A stretch of DNA of 64,000 bases from Candidatus Latescibacterota bacterium (GTDB taxonomy: Bacteria; Latescibacterota; UBA2968). This document shows positions 19,364-29,544 of this stretch, piece after piece. The notes beneath the pieces were generated by a model, which was not told the DNA's origin, made no database searches, and saw only the letters and a program-made list of their open reading frames with translations. Positions within the stretch are counted from its first letter, which is position 1. Every line of letters begins with the position of its first letter. The translations under genes were made by a program, and so were the position numbers. The DNA is taken from assembly GCA_965205975.1 (NCBI GenBank), contig OZ242195.1, forward strand, positions 896,001 to 960,000, written 5' to 3'.

Positions 19364-20362
19364 CTATCGCGTATCTACGATATTGCGAAATGCCCGAATG
19401 TGTTCGGGCGTTGTGCCGCAACATCCGCCTATCAAGAATCCACCGGCGTCCAACAAGTCTTCGACGTGTTGCGCCATGTCTTCTGGCCCTTGTGAATACG
19501 ACGCCTGTTTGGTGACTTTGTCCAGGGTGGGTAAGCCCGCATTGGGATAGGCCATCAATCGCTTGTTTTCAATGCCGCGATCCACAAGTGCTTGTAGCGT
19601 CTGTACTATGCCTTCAATTGCATAGGGCATGCCCGTATGATCTGTATTGCGCGTTTCTGCGCCGCAGTTTAGGCCCAGGAGTTGCACATCGTCGAGCAGA
19701 TTATCGCCGTTTGAAAATTCGCCACTTGCCAAAATGTCCAGTAGGTCGCTGGGTGAAACCCCCCAGTCCGTGCGGTAAATCAATTCACCCGTTTTGCGAT
19801 CCTGTGTGAATTTATACGTCATATTCACGGCGATGGGTAAGCCCGTCTGCCGCGCAATATCAACGGCGATTGCCGCTTCTTTGGCGGAAAACTGCGTTTC
19901 TATGACAAAAAAATCAACGCCGCCTTTGACCAGGGCAGAGATCACGCGCTCGTGGGCTGATCGCACATCTACATTTGGAATGCCAAAAACTGTATCGCCG
20001 GCATCGGCTTCGATAGCACCGGGGGAGGGACCGATAGAACCGCCTACATAAACATCCTTTCCGCTTTCTTCAACGGCTTGCCGCGCGTGTTGGACAGCTA
20101 ATTCTGTCAGGTGTTCGGCATCATCTTCATCGGCATCGGCCATTTCGAGATGTAATGGAGATACCACAAATGTGTTTGTGCCAATGGCATTTGCACCCGC
20201 ATCGATATACGCGCGATGCACTGTCACTACCTCGGTGGGATGCGATAGATTGGCGATGGAACTGTTTGCCAGATTCACCCCTTGTTCAAATAATTGAGAC
20301 CCAAATCCTCCGTCATACACCATAGGTTGGTCATCTGTGAGGCGTTCTGCAAAAGATTTCAT
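19364..20362 (-). CDS. Homocysteine S-methyltransferase domain protein (stand-alone)
   Basis: YDGGFGS, TNTF, IET, GLNC, YPNAGLP, IGGCCGTTPEHI (Zn ligands). Confidence 0.92.
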   Translation of the reverse strand: MKSFAERLTDDQPMVYDGGFGSQLFEQGVNLANSSIANLSHPTEVVTVHRAYIDAGANAIGTNTFVVSPLHLEMADADEDDAEHLTELAVQHARQAVEESGKDVYVGGSIGPSPGAIEADAGDTVFGIPNVDVRSAHERVISALVKGGVDFFVIETQFSAKEAAIAVDIARQTGLPIAVNMTYKFTQDRKTGELIYRTDWGVSPSDLLDILASGEFSNGDNLLDDVQLLGLNCGAETRNTDHTGMPYAIEGIVQTLQALVDRGIENKRLMAYPNAGLPTLDKVTKQASYSQGPEDMAQHVEDLLDAGGFLIGGCCGTTPEHIRAFRNIVDTR

Positions 20363-22287
20363 ACCGTCATCCTTTTAAACTGACACCCTTCGACAAATAC
20401 GTCAAAAAAGTCTGGCTTTGTCTCCAGTTCCACATGCTCAATTCGCTTTACCAGGCGTTCTAACTCGTCGCGTCGTTTCCGCGAGAGCAATACTTCTCTC
20501 GCGCCCAATATCGCGGCATTTCCCACCTTTTCAATGCGCTCTTGCGGCACGGGTGCGAGAAAACCGATATCAATCGCATTTTGCACATTTACGTAGTTGG
20601 CAAATCCGCCGGATAGGTAGAGCCGATGGATCTGATCGGGGGCAATGCCAAATTCGCGCATGACAAGTAACTGCCCACAATAATTTGCGGCTTTGGCCTG
20701 AGCCAGATTGCTCGCGTCTTCGCGCGACAGCGCAATGCCGTGTTCGGGCACCACTATCATTTCATATTGTTTGCGGTCGGCAAATACGCCCTTTTCCGTC
20801 ATCATATCATGCCGCCGGAGCGCGGCCAACAAATCGATTAGCCCAGAGCCGCACAACCCCTGGGGCGCGCCGCCGCCAATTACGCGATAATTAAACTGAC
20901 CATTTTCCCACACCATCGATTCAATCGCTCCATCTTGTCCTGGCATGCCACATGCGATACCACCGCCTTCAAATGCCGGTCCCGCCGGACAAGATGCTGC
21001 TACCAGCCGGTCTCGATTGCCCACGACGACTTCGGTATTGGTGCCCACATCGACGAGCATAAATATCTCGTCCTGATCACCCATTTCTACGGCGAGCATA
21101 TCCGCTGCGACATCGCCGCCAACATGGCTTGCAATAAGGGGCATGCCATATACCCGCGCTTTGGGATTTGCCCGAATGCCCAACCGCCTGCTGCTTTCAT
21201 AAAGGGCGGTTGTTTTTCGCTCTCCAGCCAGATATTCGTGTTCTATTTGAGATTTATAGGGCTTTTGTCCAATACTCTGCACATCGAGTCTGAAAAACAT
21301 ATCCCGCATGGTGGCATTGCCAGCGACGACAATTTCGTAAATTTCTTGCCGCTCAAAATCCAATTGTTCACATAGCACGAGAATTTCGTGGTTGATCGCA
21401 TTTACCAGTGCCTTCCACAGCACATTTGGATATTCGCCGTCATAGGAAATGCGATACATTATATCGCTGCCGCCAAAGCGCTGGGGATTTTCATAAGATG
21501 CATTAGCAATACTCTCGCCAGATTCCAGATCTACGAGGTCCATCACAATTGTCGTGGTGCCCACATCTATTGCCAGCCCATAGATGTGTCCCCGAAAGCG
21601 ATCGATGTCTTCTCCGTCGTAAAATATTCGGTCCCCTTTGCGCGTTACCACGGGATCGAGGTTGATTTCTTTTTGCCGGCTCAAGGTTAAAATTTGAGGC
21701 GCGCGGCGCAGGGGCACGAATTCGACTTCCGCATCTAAATCTACGACTTCAGCTTGACAGGCCAATCGGTAATTGTCTTTTAAGAAGGCTTCAGCTTCGG
21801 TTTTGGGGCACAGGGCGTCTTCGCCTTTTGTGATCTCTACGACGCATTCATGGCATATTCCCGACCGAAAACACGATGTTGGAACCCGAACAGATAGATC
21901 GTCGGCATAATCAAATATCGTCTTCCGCGCTTCGAGTTGTTGCACCTGGCCCATGTGTGTAATTGTGCCCGTTCCCTTTTTTCGGCGACGACTTTTTTGG
22001 GCTTTGAGCGCGGTCTTCATCTCACGATAGGCATCTGGCTCCGTTTCCCAGGCCGTGCGATAGTCGAGGTTATCGTTGCTGGCACATTGAAAAAGCGCCC
22101 GATTGGGCGCTGGTTTTCGCTGGAATTTACATCCAAATTTGGCCGTGCACTCGTTGTCCTTGTTTTTGTAGGGACAGCGCATTTGCGCCTGTTCGTCGGC
22201 ATGCTGGACAATATCTGAAAAAATTTCAGACATGCGATCCAGCCGCTTTTGATAGGCTTCTCGATCTATTTTTTTACGCTCACTCAT
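20359..22287 (-). CDS. RACo/RamA-type ASKHA reductive activator of corrinoid proteins with a 2Fe-2S domain
   Basis: CFRSGICHEC...RLACQ, DVGTTT, NPQ..G.D, VGGD, DVGTNTE, AGPAFEG, GLCGSG. Confidence 0.92.
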   Translation of the reverse strand: MSERKKIDREAYQKRLDRMSEIFSDIVQHADEQAQMRCPYKNKDNECTAKFGCKFQRKPAPNRALFQCASNDNLDYRTAWETEPDAYREMKTALKAQKSRRRKKGTGTITHMGQVQQLEARKTIFDYADDLSVRVPTSCFRSGICHECVVEITKGEDALCPKTEAEAFLKDNYRLACQAEVVDLDAEVEFVPLRRAPQILTLSRQKEINLDPVVTRKGDRIFYDGEDIDRFRGHIYGLAIDVGTTTIVMDLVDLESGESIANASYENPQRFGGSDIMYRISYDGEYPNVLWKALVNAINHEILVLCEQLDFERQEIYEIVVAGNATMRDMFFRLDVQSIGQKPYKSQIEHEYLAGERKTTALYESSRRLGIRANPKARVYGMPLIASHVGGDVAADMLAVEMGDQDEIFMLVDVGTNTEVVVGNRDRLVAASCPAGPAFEGGGIACGMPGQDGAIESMVWENGQFNYRVIGGGAPQGLCGSGLIDLLAALRRHDMMTEKGVFADRKQYEMIVVPEHGIALSREDASNLAQAKAANYCGQLLVMREFGIAPDQIHRLYLSGGFANYVNVQNAIDIGFLAPVPQERIEKVGNAAILGAREVLLSRKRRDELERLVKRIEHVELETKPDFFDVFVEGCQFKRMTV

Positions 22288-23041
22288 TCTCCTCCTCCCA
22301 CTCCTTCAACAATTGTACAGCCAGTTCCACGCAGTCCAGGGCGTTTTCACCGTATCCATCCGCACCCATGTCGTCGGCAAATTCCTGTGTCACAGGGGCA
22401 CCGCCCACCATGATTTTTACATCGTCTCGCAGATCTTCGTCGATAAATGCCTCAATTGTCTTGCCCATATTCGGCATTGTCGTGGTCAACAGTGCGGACA
22501 TGCCGAGCAAATTGGCTTCGTGTTCTTCCACGGCATCCATAAATTCGTCTTCGGATGTATCCACGCCGAGATCGTGGACGACAAACCCGGCGCCGCGCAA
22601 CATCATGATACACAAATTTTTGCCAATATCGTGCAAATCGCCTTTCACCGTGCCCATAATGACAGTACCTACCGGCTCGACGCCCGAGGCTGACAAGATG
22701 GGTTCAATATGCGCCATTCCCGCTTTCATCGCGCGGGCGCAGGCGAGGACTTCGGGTACAAAAATAAAATTTTCTCTAAACTTAATCCCCACAATGCCCA
22801 TGCCAGCGATCAATCCATCGTCCATAATTTCCAGCGCACCCACGCCTGCGTTCAGGGCTTCGCGCGTCAATTGATCGACATCGTGATGCGCGCCATCAAT
22901 CAATGATGCGGCAATTTCCTGCATCTCGGGACTCGCATTTGAGAACAGATCGATATTGCGTTGGATCTCATCGGGGCGTTCTAAGAATTCCTCTATTTCC
23001 TCTTTGATAAATTCATTTTGAATATCGGATAATTCAGCCAT
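22280..23041 (-). CDS. Corrinoid (B12-binding) protein, MtbC/MetH cap + B12 domain
   Basis: FVPEVL..A.AM, GTVKGDLHDIGKN, SALLTTTM, VGGAPV. Confidence 0.95.
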   Translation of the reverse strand: MAELSDIQNEFIKEEIEEFLERPDEIQRNIDLFSNASPEMQEIAASLIDGAHHDVDQLTREALNAGVGALEIMDDGLIAGMGIVGIKFRENFIFVPEVLACARAMKAGMAHIEPILSASGVEPVGTVIMGTVKGDLHDIGKNLCIMMLRGAGFVVHDLGVDTSEDEFMDAVEEHEANLLGMSALLTTTMPNMGKTIEAFIDEDLRDDVKIMVGGAPVTQEFADDMGADGYGENALDCVELAVQLLKEWEEENE

Positions 23042-24086
23042 GAACTCTCTTTTCCTCCGCATGCCAATCCACGATCGCTTTGGGGATTTCTTTCAAATTT
23101 TCGATTGATGTCTGCAATGGAATGGCACATTCAGGCCCGATTAGATTCACACCGGCGTCCAGGTTTTTGTACACTTCTTCTTTTACGGTTTCCGGCTCTT
23201 TTGAAAATAGCGTTTCCGGGTTGTTGATGTTGCCGACCAGCGCGATTCGCTCTTTCACAATATCGATTGACTCATCCGGGTCGTTTTTGGAGTCGTAGTG
23301 GAATGCTGCCATGCCCGTTTGCGCGATGTATTCCATCCGATCAACGGTGCGCCCACATATATGTAAAATCAGTGGAATGGGTATGCGGTCGGCAAATTCA
23401 ATGTGCAATTCGCGCAAATACCGGTCGTAATAATCGCCACTGACCAGATCACCTGTTGCGTGGTCGGGCAGGGTCAAGGCATCGGCGCCTGCTTCAATTT
23501 GCGCCACGCCAAATGCGACGGTTACTTCTTTTAATTTGTCCAGAATTTGCCGCGTGTGATCCGGGTCGTCCAATGATAGGAGCAAAAAATCCTCTACACC
23601 AAAACAGTGATACGCCAGAGACCAGGGTCCCATTGTTTTGCCAATAATCGCCACTTCGTCGCCGTATTCTTTTCGCAATATGCCAATCGCGTCCAGTACG
23701 CATTTTGTATCGGGATGGGTCAATAAGTTAGACGGAATTTCAATATCATCTACCTTGTGCCAGATCGGTTCTTTCATTTTTACTGTGGGCCAGTTGTCTT
23801 TTTGCTCCCACTGGATTTTGCATCCCAGTGCCGACGATTCTTGAATAATCGTAAATACGGGCATAATTGTGTCAAAGCCCAGTTCGGTATAACTCGTTGC
23901 GGCCAGCCGTGCCATGAGTTCTGGCTCGCGATTCGCCTGCGGAAATGGCGCATCGACGAGATCCATCAATTCCACGGTTGCAACCGAAGTCGGATTACAG
24001 GTTGGTGTGCGATCCACAGGTGCCCGATTGAGTGCGGCCAATACGCGGTCGCGCGGTTTCATGGGTTTTGTTGTCTGGTCGTGCAT
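23034..24086 (-). CDS. MtaA/CmuA-family methyltransferase (URO-D fold)
   Basis: GPWSLA, LHICG and GPECA Zn-ligand motifs, GNIN. Confidence 0.9.
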   Translation of the reverse strand: MHDQTTKPMKPRDRVLAALNRAPVDRTPTCNPTSVATVELMDLVDAPFPQANREPELMARLAATSYTELGFDTIMPVFTIIQESSALGCKIQWEQKDNWPTVKMKEPIWHKVDDIEIPSNLLTHPDTKCVLDAIGILRKEYGDEVAIIGKTMGPWSLAYHCFGVEDFLLLSLDDPDHTRQILDKLKEVTVAFGVAQIEAGADALTLPDHATGDLVSGDYYDRYLRELHIEFADRIPIPLILHICGRTVDRMEYIAQTGMAAFHYDSKNDPDESIDIVKERIALVGNINNPETLFSKEPETVKEEVYKNLDAGVNLIGPECAIPLQTSIENLKEIPKAIVDWHAEEKRVHG

Positions 24087-24101
24087 ACGTGACTCCTGTT
24101 C

Positions 24102-24731
24102 CTAATTTTGCGCGCTCGGGGCTGCGAGCACGCCCCGGCTGGCGGCCTGTTCCAATTCTCGCATGACGGATCGCACATTGGGGGCGCGTACGAGGAGAAC
24201 ACCTATGAGGGGATCGTGTGTCATGCCGCAATCAAAGCGCACCTGGTCTTCTCCCACTTGTTCCAATTCGCCCAGCTTCGCAAGCCCTCCGGCTACCAAT
24301 CGAATGCGCCGGTCTGCGCCTTTTTCATCTCTGTCAGCCGTGATTTTGTACGCACCATTAGATTGGGGCGTTGCGGAAATGTGCAATCCCGATTTTTTGT
24401 CCAGGATGGTCAACGGACGCATAGATACGTCGTCATCCATGCCGAGTTTGCACGCTTCCAGGAATAGCCGCTTCACAGAGAGCAGGTGTGTAGCGCCACA
24501 CGGAAAGCGCAGCAGTCCCTCACCTGTGTCTTCCATTCCTCCCAGGACTCGCATCGCATGGTTTACGGAGTCAATACGCGCTTGTGCTCCGTCTATCTGG
24601 CTGTATGTGTGAACGCGAAAAGTCGTGCCCTGTGCGTTTTCTTGCTGGTATAGCCCTATTGTGATGTCTTGAAAATGGACATCCATTGGCATCAATTCTA
24701 TTCGCCGACCGATATCTAATATCTGTCCCAT
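24102..24731 (-). CDS. Conserved hypothetical protein in the corrinoid cluster
   Basis: RBS GAGGAAGG; 209 aa; co-oriented and tightly packed. Confidence 0.8.
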   Translation of the reverse strand: MGQILDIGRRIELMPMDVHFQDITIGLYQQENAQGTTFRVHTYSQIDGAQARIDSVNHAMRVLGGMEDTGEGLLRFPCGATHLLSVKRLFLEACKLGMDDDVSMRPLTILDKKSGLHISATPQSNGAYKITADRDEKGADRRIRLVAGGLAKLGELEQVGEDQVRFDCGMTHDPLIGVLLVRAPNVRSVMRELEQAASRGVLAAPSAQN

Positions 24732-24745
24732 GAGAATCCTTCCTC

Positions 24746-25609
24746 TTACCTTTTAAGCACATATCGACGCACGGCTTTGGCAAAGCCATCGTTTTCAATA
24801 TGGTCGGTTTGTAGAATATTTTCCCCGGCCACTGCGCGATGGGTTGCCGCATCTGCATTGTGCATCAATACACCGGTTCCGGCTGCGCGCAACATGGGGA
24901 GATCATTATTGCCATCGCCCACCGCCATCACTTCATCGAGGCTGCTGCCAATATGGTTGGCAATCGCTGTGAGTGCCACGCCTTTGTTCACATCCGGGTG
25001 CATGATTTCAATGCGACCCGCCACGGCCCATGCCATGTAAATTTGATCGCCGAATAGGTCTTTTAATTCTTCAACAGTCTCATCGGCATGCCCGGGTTTG
25101 GGCAAGAGCATTATTTTGGGGGGCGCGGCCAATTCTTTTGCGCGTATTCGCTGCGCGAGATCGGCATCGACTTCATAGACCATATTGGTCATTGTGGCTA
25201 CCGCGCGGCTCATTTTTGTCAGGCGGTCGGTGATATAAACTTCGCAGGGGCCTTCGCTATTCATGTCGCAACGACAATATACAAAATTCATGAGCCGGTC
25301 ATCGGCATATTGGATCAGTGATAAGAATATATCATTGGGCAGTCGCTGCTCGTGCATGAGTTGGCGTGTGCCATTCGTTTTGGGAGCAAAAACCATTGCG
25401 CCATTATAACATCCGGCATAGAGCGCGTCGGCCACGCTGGGATTGCGTACAAACGGAATTTGATTGCGTTCGAAATTGCGTCCACTCATAGACGCTACAG
25501 CTACGCCGCGATCCAACAATTCGCGAATCGCCGCCATCGAAGCATCCGATGGGGTGTTGTTGTGATTTAAGATCGTTCCATCCAGATCAAATGCCACAAG
25601 TCTGATCAC
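24746..25609 (-). CDS. Cof-type HAD hydrolase
   Basis: FDLDGT, SGR, NKG, GDGNNDLPM; GTG start after GAGGAG. Confidence 0.9.
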   Translation of the reverse strand: MIRLVAFDLDGTILNHNNTPSDASMAAIRELLDRGVAVASMSGRNFERNQIPFVRNPSVADALYAGCYNGAMVFAPKTNGTRQLMHEQRLPNDIFLSLIQYADDRLMNFVYCRCDMNSEGPCEVYITDRLTKMSRAVATMTNMVYEVDADLAQRIRAKELAAPPKIMLLPKPGHADETVEELKDLFGDQIYMAWAVAGRIEIMHPDVNKGVALTAIANHIGSSLDEVMAVGDGNNDLPMLRAAGTGVLMHNADAATHRAVAGENILQTDHIENDGFAKAVRRYVLKR

Positions 25610-25619
25610 TGCATCTCCT

Positions 25620-26657
25620 CTAATCAACCAGAGGCAACCGAACGGTTCCGCCTCGCTCTGCCGAGCGGTGAACTGCCTCGGTAAATTCCATATATTTCAT
25701 GCCTTCGTAAAAGCTGGTGTCGCCCTGAGGCCCACCTTTGATGGCATTGATAAAATCGGCTTCCACTGTCCATTCGGCGGCTTCATCTTCGGGGATGGGT
25801 ATTTGTTGCGGTCGTCGATCACCCGTTTTTGCACCGCGGATTTGCGTTCCCATGTCGTAGATCAATGTGCCTTCGCTGCCATAAGCTTCAACGACGGAGC
25901 TCCCGCCGAATTGCGCGACGCCCGAAAACAGAAATGCCGCACGCGCACCATTTTCCATTTTGCCTATGATATGTGCCATATCAGGTGTTTCAACCGGTCC
26001 AGTGCCAGACCCATCGAGTAGAGGTCGCTCTCTGGTAAAAATTTCAGTTTCTGCCGTTATGTTTGACATATAGCCAAATACGCGTGCCACGCGCTCGACG
26101 GTAATGCCCATTCCCAGGATATTCAGACCGGAATACCGGCGCATTTGTCGCCAGTGCAATGGCTCTTCGATATCCCAATAACGCCCGCCCAGATCGCGGA
26201 CATATACGTGGAAGATATCGCCCAAATACCCTTCATCTATGAGCCGCCGCAAGACACGCCCGCCTTTCCAGGGCGGTGCTGGACAAATTTGGGTCACGAG
26301 ATTTGTTTCTCGACTTCTGGCATACATCAATCGGGCTTCTCGCAAGTTCATCGCCATGCGCGCCTGTACAAAGGTGTGTTTGCCAGCGTCTAAGGACGCG
26401 AGGACAAATTCACAGTGTTTGTACGGCCAGGTGCCGATCATTACCGCGTCAATGTCGTCCCGGTGCAACAGGGCCTGTGGGTCGGTCAGGGCTTCGGCTG
26501 ATAAGCCTTGCTCGGCTATGACCTTTTCACCGCTTTCTATGCTGCGGTTGCATATTGCCACGACTTCGGCATCGTCAATTTTTGCCAGTCCCGGAAAATG
26601 TCGGTTCCGAAAAATACCACCCGCACCAATAATGCCAATGCGAATTTTATCTGCCAT
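25620..26657 (-). CDS. Gfo/Idh/MocA oxidoreductase
   Basis: IGIIGAGGI Rossmann motif, DAVMIGTWPYKH, QARMA. Confidence 0.9.
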   Translation of the reverse strand: MADKIRIGIIGAGGIFRNRHFPGLAKIDDAEVVAICNRSIESGEKVIAEQGLSAEALTDPQALLHRDDIDAVMIGTWPYKHCEFVLASLDAGKHTFVQARMAMNLREARLMYARSRETNLVTQICPAPPWKGGRVLRRLIDEGYLGDIFHVYVRDLGGRYWDIEEPLHWRQMRRYSGLNILGMGITVERVARVFGYMSNITAETEIFTRERPLLDGSGTGPVETPDMAHIIGKMENGARAAFLFSGVAQFGGSSVVEAYGSEGTLIYDMGTQIRGAKTGDRRPQQIPIPEDEAAEWTVEADFINAIKGGPQGDTSFYEGMKYMEFTEAVHRSAERGGTVRLPLVD

Positions 26658-26703
26658 TTTTTACCTCGCTGTGTTGTCGTTATTTTAAGGGGTGCAGAAA
26701 CTG

Positions 26704-26732
26704 CTGTGCGAATGTATCACAGTTTTTGTCAA
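26704..26732 (-). promoter_or_regulatory. Possible operator palindrome next to a -35 box
   Basis: CTGTG-N9-CACAG beside TTGACA (minus strand), upstream of the 26657 start. Confidence 0.35.
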
Positions 26733-26765
26733 TTAGCAAATGAATCGGTCACGGTAGCGCTGCCA

Positions 26766-28076
26766 TTAATCATTCCTGTTTTCGCTTTTTGCCAAATTGG
26801 CACAGACCAGTTCTTTATCATTGCGAGCGAACACATGTTTATAGGCAAACGCAGGATGTGACCATGTGACACCACCTCTGCGGTTCAACTGGTCGCGCGT
26901 CGGTTCGATCAGTTTCGCGCGGCTGATGATATTCAGCCCGTTCGGCGAAAGCGTTGTAATCAGGAGTTCGCCGCGCTCATTGAACATCCAGACCTTATCG
27001 CCATTTTTGATAAAATGGATGTTGCTCCAGCGCGCTTTTGGAACCGCGGTGAGGTCTTCCCAAATCCGGTCGCCGTTGCGGGCATCGAGGCAGCGGAGTT
27101 CCCCATAGCTATCCACACCGTAAATGTAATCGCCGAGTCGGATCGGGGTTGACATCGTGGAATGGAGCGCGTCTGTGTTCCGTTCATTTCTTCCCTTACG
27201 GTGCCAGCCGAATTGCATCATCGGCTTATCTGGATTCAGTTTCAGCAGCAGCGAGCCTTCAAAGAAATCAGTGATAAACAATTCATTTTGATAAAAAACA
27301 GGGCTTGCGATCCCGATTTCCATGCGAGTCGGTGGAAACGGATGGCGCCAATGCGTGCTGCCTGTCTGCGGGTTTAGCCCAGCGATATTTCTACCTGTCC
27401 AACAGACGAGTACCCGCTCGCCACCCTGTGTAATCACAATTGGAGCTGAGTAAGATGCGTTGTCTTCAAGGGCTTTCCATTTTTCGGCTCCGGTTTCGCG
27501 ATCGAAAGCGACGATGCACGCTCCGGGCGTGCCGCCGATTTGGACGATGAGGTGTGAACCTTCGACAATCGGCGCACTCGCAATCCCCCAGGTTGGCATC
27601 TCAATATTGTATTCGGAGTTGAGGTCTTTTTTCCACTTCAACGTGCCGGTTGCGGCATCAAAGCAGTGGAGATGCCCCATCGCCCCCAGGGCGTAAGCGA
27701 GTCCGTCATGAATGATAACATTGGCTCGAGGCCCGGCGGTATAGTCAATTCGGTATTCACACTCGTAGGTGAAGGACCAAATCAATTCACCTGTTTCCCA
27801 GTCGAAACAGTGAACGCGTTCGACCTGTTTCGGTTTCGCGAGACGGTCAGTAACGTAAACGCGCCCGTCAGCGACGCTCGGGCCGCTATAGCCGCTGCCG
27901 ATTGGCACTCGCCAACGAATCGGGATCTCCGGTCCGTCAAATGCCTCCAATATCCCGGTTTCGCTCCAAACACCGTCCCGGTGCGGTCCCCGCCACTGCG
28001 GCCATTCATCGGCGAAAACCGAAGAGGTGGGGACAAGCAGAGCGAGCAGCATTAGTTTCAACAGGATTCGGTTCAT
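26766..28076 (-). CDS. Secreted PQQ-like beta-propeller repeat protein (BamB-like)
   Basis: Signal peptide, WPQWRGP, repeated D..TG...W motifs. Confidence 0.9.
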   Translation of the reverse strand: MNRILLKLMLLALLVPTSSVFADEWPQWRGPHRDGVWSETGILEAFDGPEIPIRWRVPIGSGYSGPSVADGRVYVTDRLAKPKQVERVHCFDWETGELIWSFTYECEYRIDYTAGPRANVIIHDGLAYALGAMGHLHCFDAATGTLKWKKDLNSEYNIEMPTWGIASAPIVEGSHLIVQIGGTPGACIVAFDRETGAEKWKALEDNASYSAPIVITQGGERVLVCWTGRNIAGLNPQTGSTHWRHPFPPTRMEIGIASPVFYQNELFITDFFEGSLLLKLNPDKPMMQFGWHRKGRNERNTDALHSTMSTPIRLGDYIYGVDSYGELRCLDARNGDRIWEDLTAVPKARWSNIHFIKNGDKVWMFNERGELLITTLSPNGLNIISRAKLIEPTRDQLNRRGGVTWSHPAFAYKHVFARNDKELVCANLAKSENRND

Positions 28077-28078
28077 GG

Positions 28079-29431
28079 TTAATCTTGTCCTTTTTTAAAA
28101 CGCAAATTTTTGACCCGGTTTCCCGTCAGTCTGAATCCTGTAACTTGTCCCGTATCGTCTCGCGTAAAATAAACTTCTGGGAAAAACCACGCATCTCCGA
28201 CGAAATGGCCGTCGGCACAGGTTAGGGATATGTCGTCATGTCGCCTGTGTTGCGCCACAAGCCGGTCTCCTTGCACACCAATGGTATAGGTCGTATCGAG
28301 TTCTTCAGTGTAATAATCGCCTTCGAATTCTGACAACTGTTCTGGCGATAGGGGTTCGGCTTCGTTGCTTTCAGAGGGTTGCTTATCCGGCTCGGGTGCT
28401 TCGGGCGCAAGGACATCAGCGAGATAGAGATCAGCGATCTTTTTCGCCAAATTAAGCGGATTAAAGGTCTCCAGATTGCACAATATGACAATGCCAAATT
28501 TCTGAGCCGGAAAACGTATGAGATGGCTGCGAAATCCCCGCCATGATCCGCCGTGTCCGGCCGTTTTCAGTGCTCTGTACTCGCCGATGTCCAATCCAAA
28601 GGCGTAACTGATCTGTTTCCCATTATTGAGAACCCCTCGCTGATGCATCTGCTCAACCACTACCTGTCCACCTACCCGTGTATTATCAAAGTTCAGAACC
28701 CACTTTGCCAGATCTTCTACCGTTGAATGGAGAGAACTCGAACCGAGGGCGGTTAAATTGTTCACTGCATTCTTGAATCCATTATCTTTCACGGACAAAT
28801 AGGAATACGCCCGGTTTTTCACAATCATCTCGTGGTCATCGTGAAAGTGGGTGTTGGTCATGGCGAGGGGCTTAAAGATGTTGGCATTCGTCCATTCGCG
28901 AAATGAATCTCCCGTTATTTTTTCGACGATTTCTGCCAGCAGATTATACCCCGTATTTGAGTATAAGAACGCTGTTCCAGGCTCGAAATTGAGTTCTTTC
29001 TGACGCCTTACCATTTTCAAAATATGCTTAAACGAAATCACGTCATCCATCTCTCCGCCCGCGATGACGAGTGCCTGTACCCAATCCCGCAAGCCACTCG
29101 TGTGATGCACCAGATGTCGAATCGTTATTTTTTTTCCAAAATCCGGGACATCGGGCAAGTGCGTCCGAATGTCGTCATCCAGCGAGAGTTTCCCTTCGTG
29201 CAACAACGTGGCGATGGCAAAGCCCGCAAATTGCTTGGAGACCGAAGCAATGTCGAAGATGGTTGTCGGCGCAATCGGGATGTCGTATTCCAGATTCGCC
29301 ATACCGTATCCGCATTTGTAGATAATTTCACCGTCTCTGATAACCGACAGAGCCGCGCCAGGGGAATCTGGCTTGTCCCATTCCGCGAATACCTGATCAA
29401 CTTTTGCCTCAAGTGACTCGTGATTTGTCAT
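28079..29431 (-). CDS. Serine hydrolase (beta-lactamase class C / D-aminopeptidase-like)
   Basis: ASVSKQF (SxxK), HTSG, YSNTGY, HGGS. Confidence 0.92.
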   Translation of the reverse strand: MTNHESLEAKVDQVFAEWDKPDSPGAALSVIRDGEIIYKCGYGMANLEYDIPIAPTTIFDIASVSKQFAGFAIATLLHEGKLSLDDDIRTHLPDVPDFGKKITIRHLVHHTSGLRDWVQALVIAGGEMDDVISFKHILKMVRRQKELNFEPGTAFLYSNTGYNLLAEIVEKITGDSFREWTNANIFKPLAMTNTHFHDDHEMIVKNRAYSYLSVKDNGFKNAVNNLTALGSSSLHSTVEDLAKWVLNFDNTRVGGQVVVEQMHQRGVLNNGKQISYAFGLDIGEYRALKTAGHGGSWRGFRSHLIRFPAQKFGIVILCNLETFNPLNLAKKIADLYLADVLAPEAPEPDKQPSESNEAEPLSPEQLSEFEGDYYTEELDTTYTIGVQGDRLVAQHRRHDDISLTCADGHFVGDAWFFPEVYFTRDDTGQVTGFRLTGNRVKNLRFKKGQD

Positions 29432-29544
29432 TGGTCACCTTCTATTGCCAAATTTTTCGCAAGGCCACTGAAGGGGCCCTTTACGGCGAAGTCCTTAAAG
29501 GGAAAACATAAAGTGCATACCATAGATATTTGTCTTTTTCAGAT

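Noticed and set aside
26728..26765. Possible tail copy of the 34805 oxidoreductase
   Set aside because: Only weak similarity (PIHLLID vs TVHLPIVD); the segment is better explained as a promoter region.
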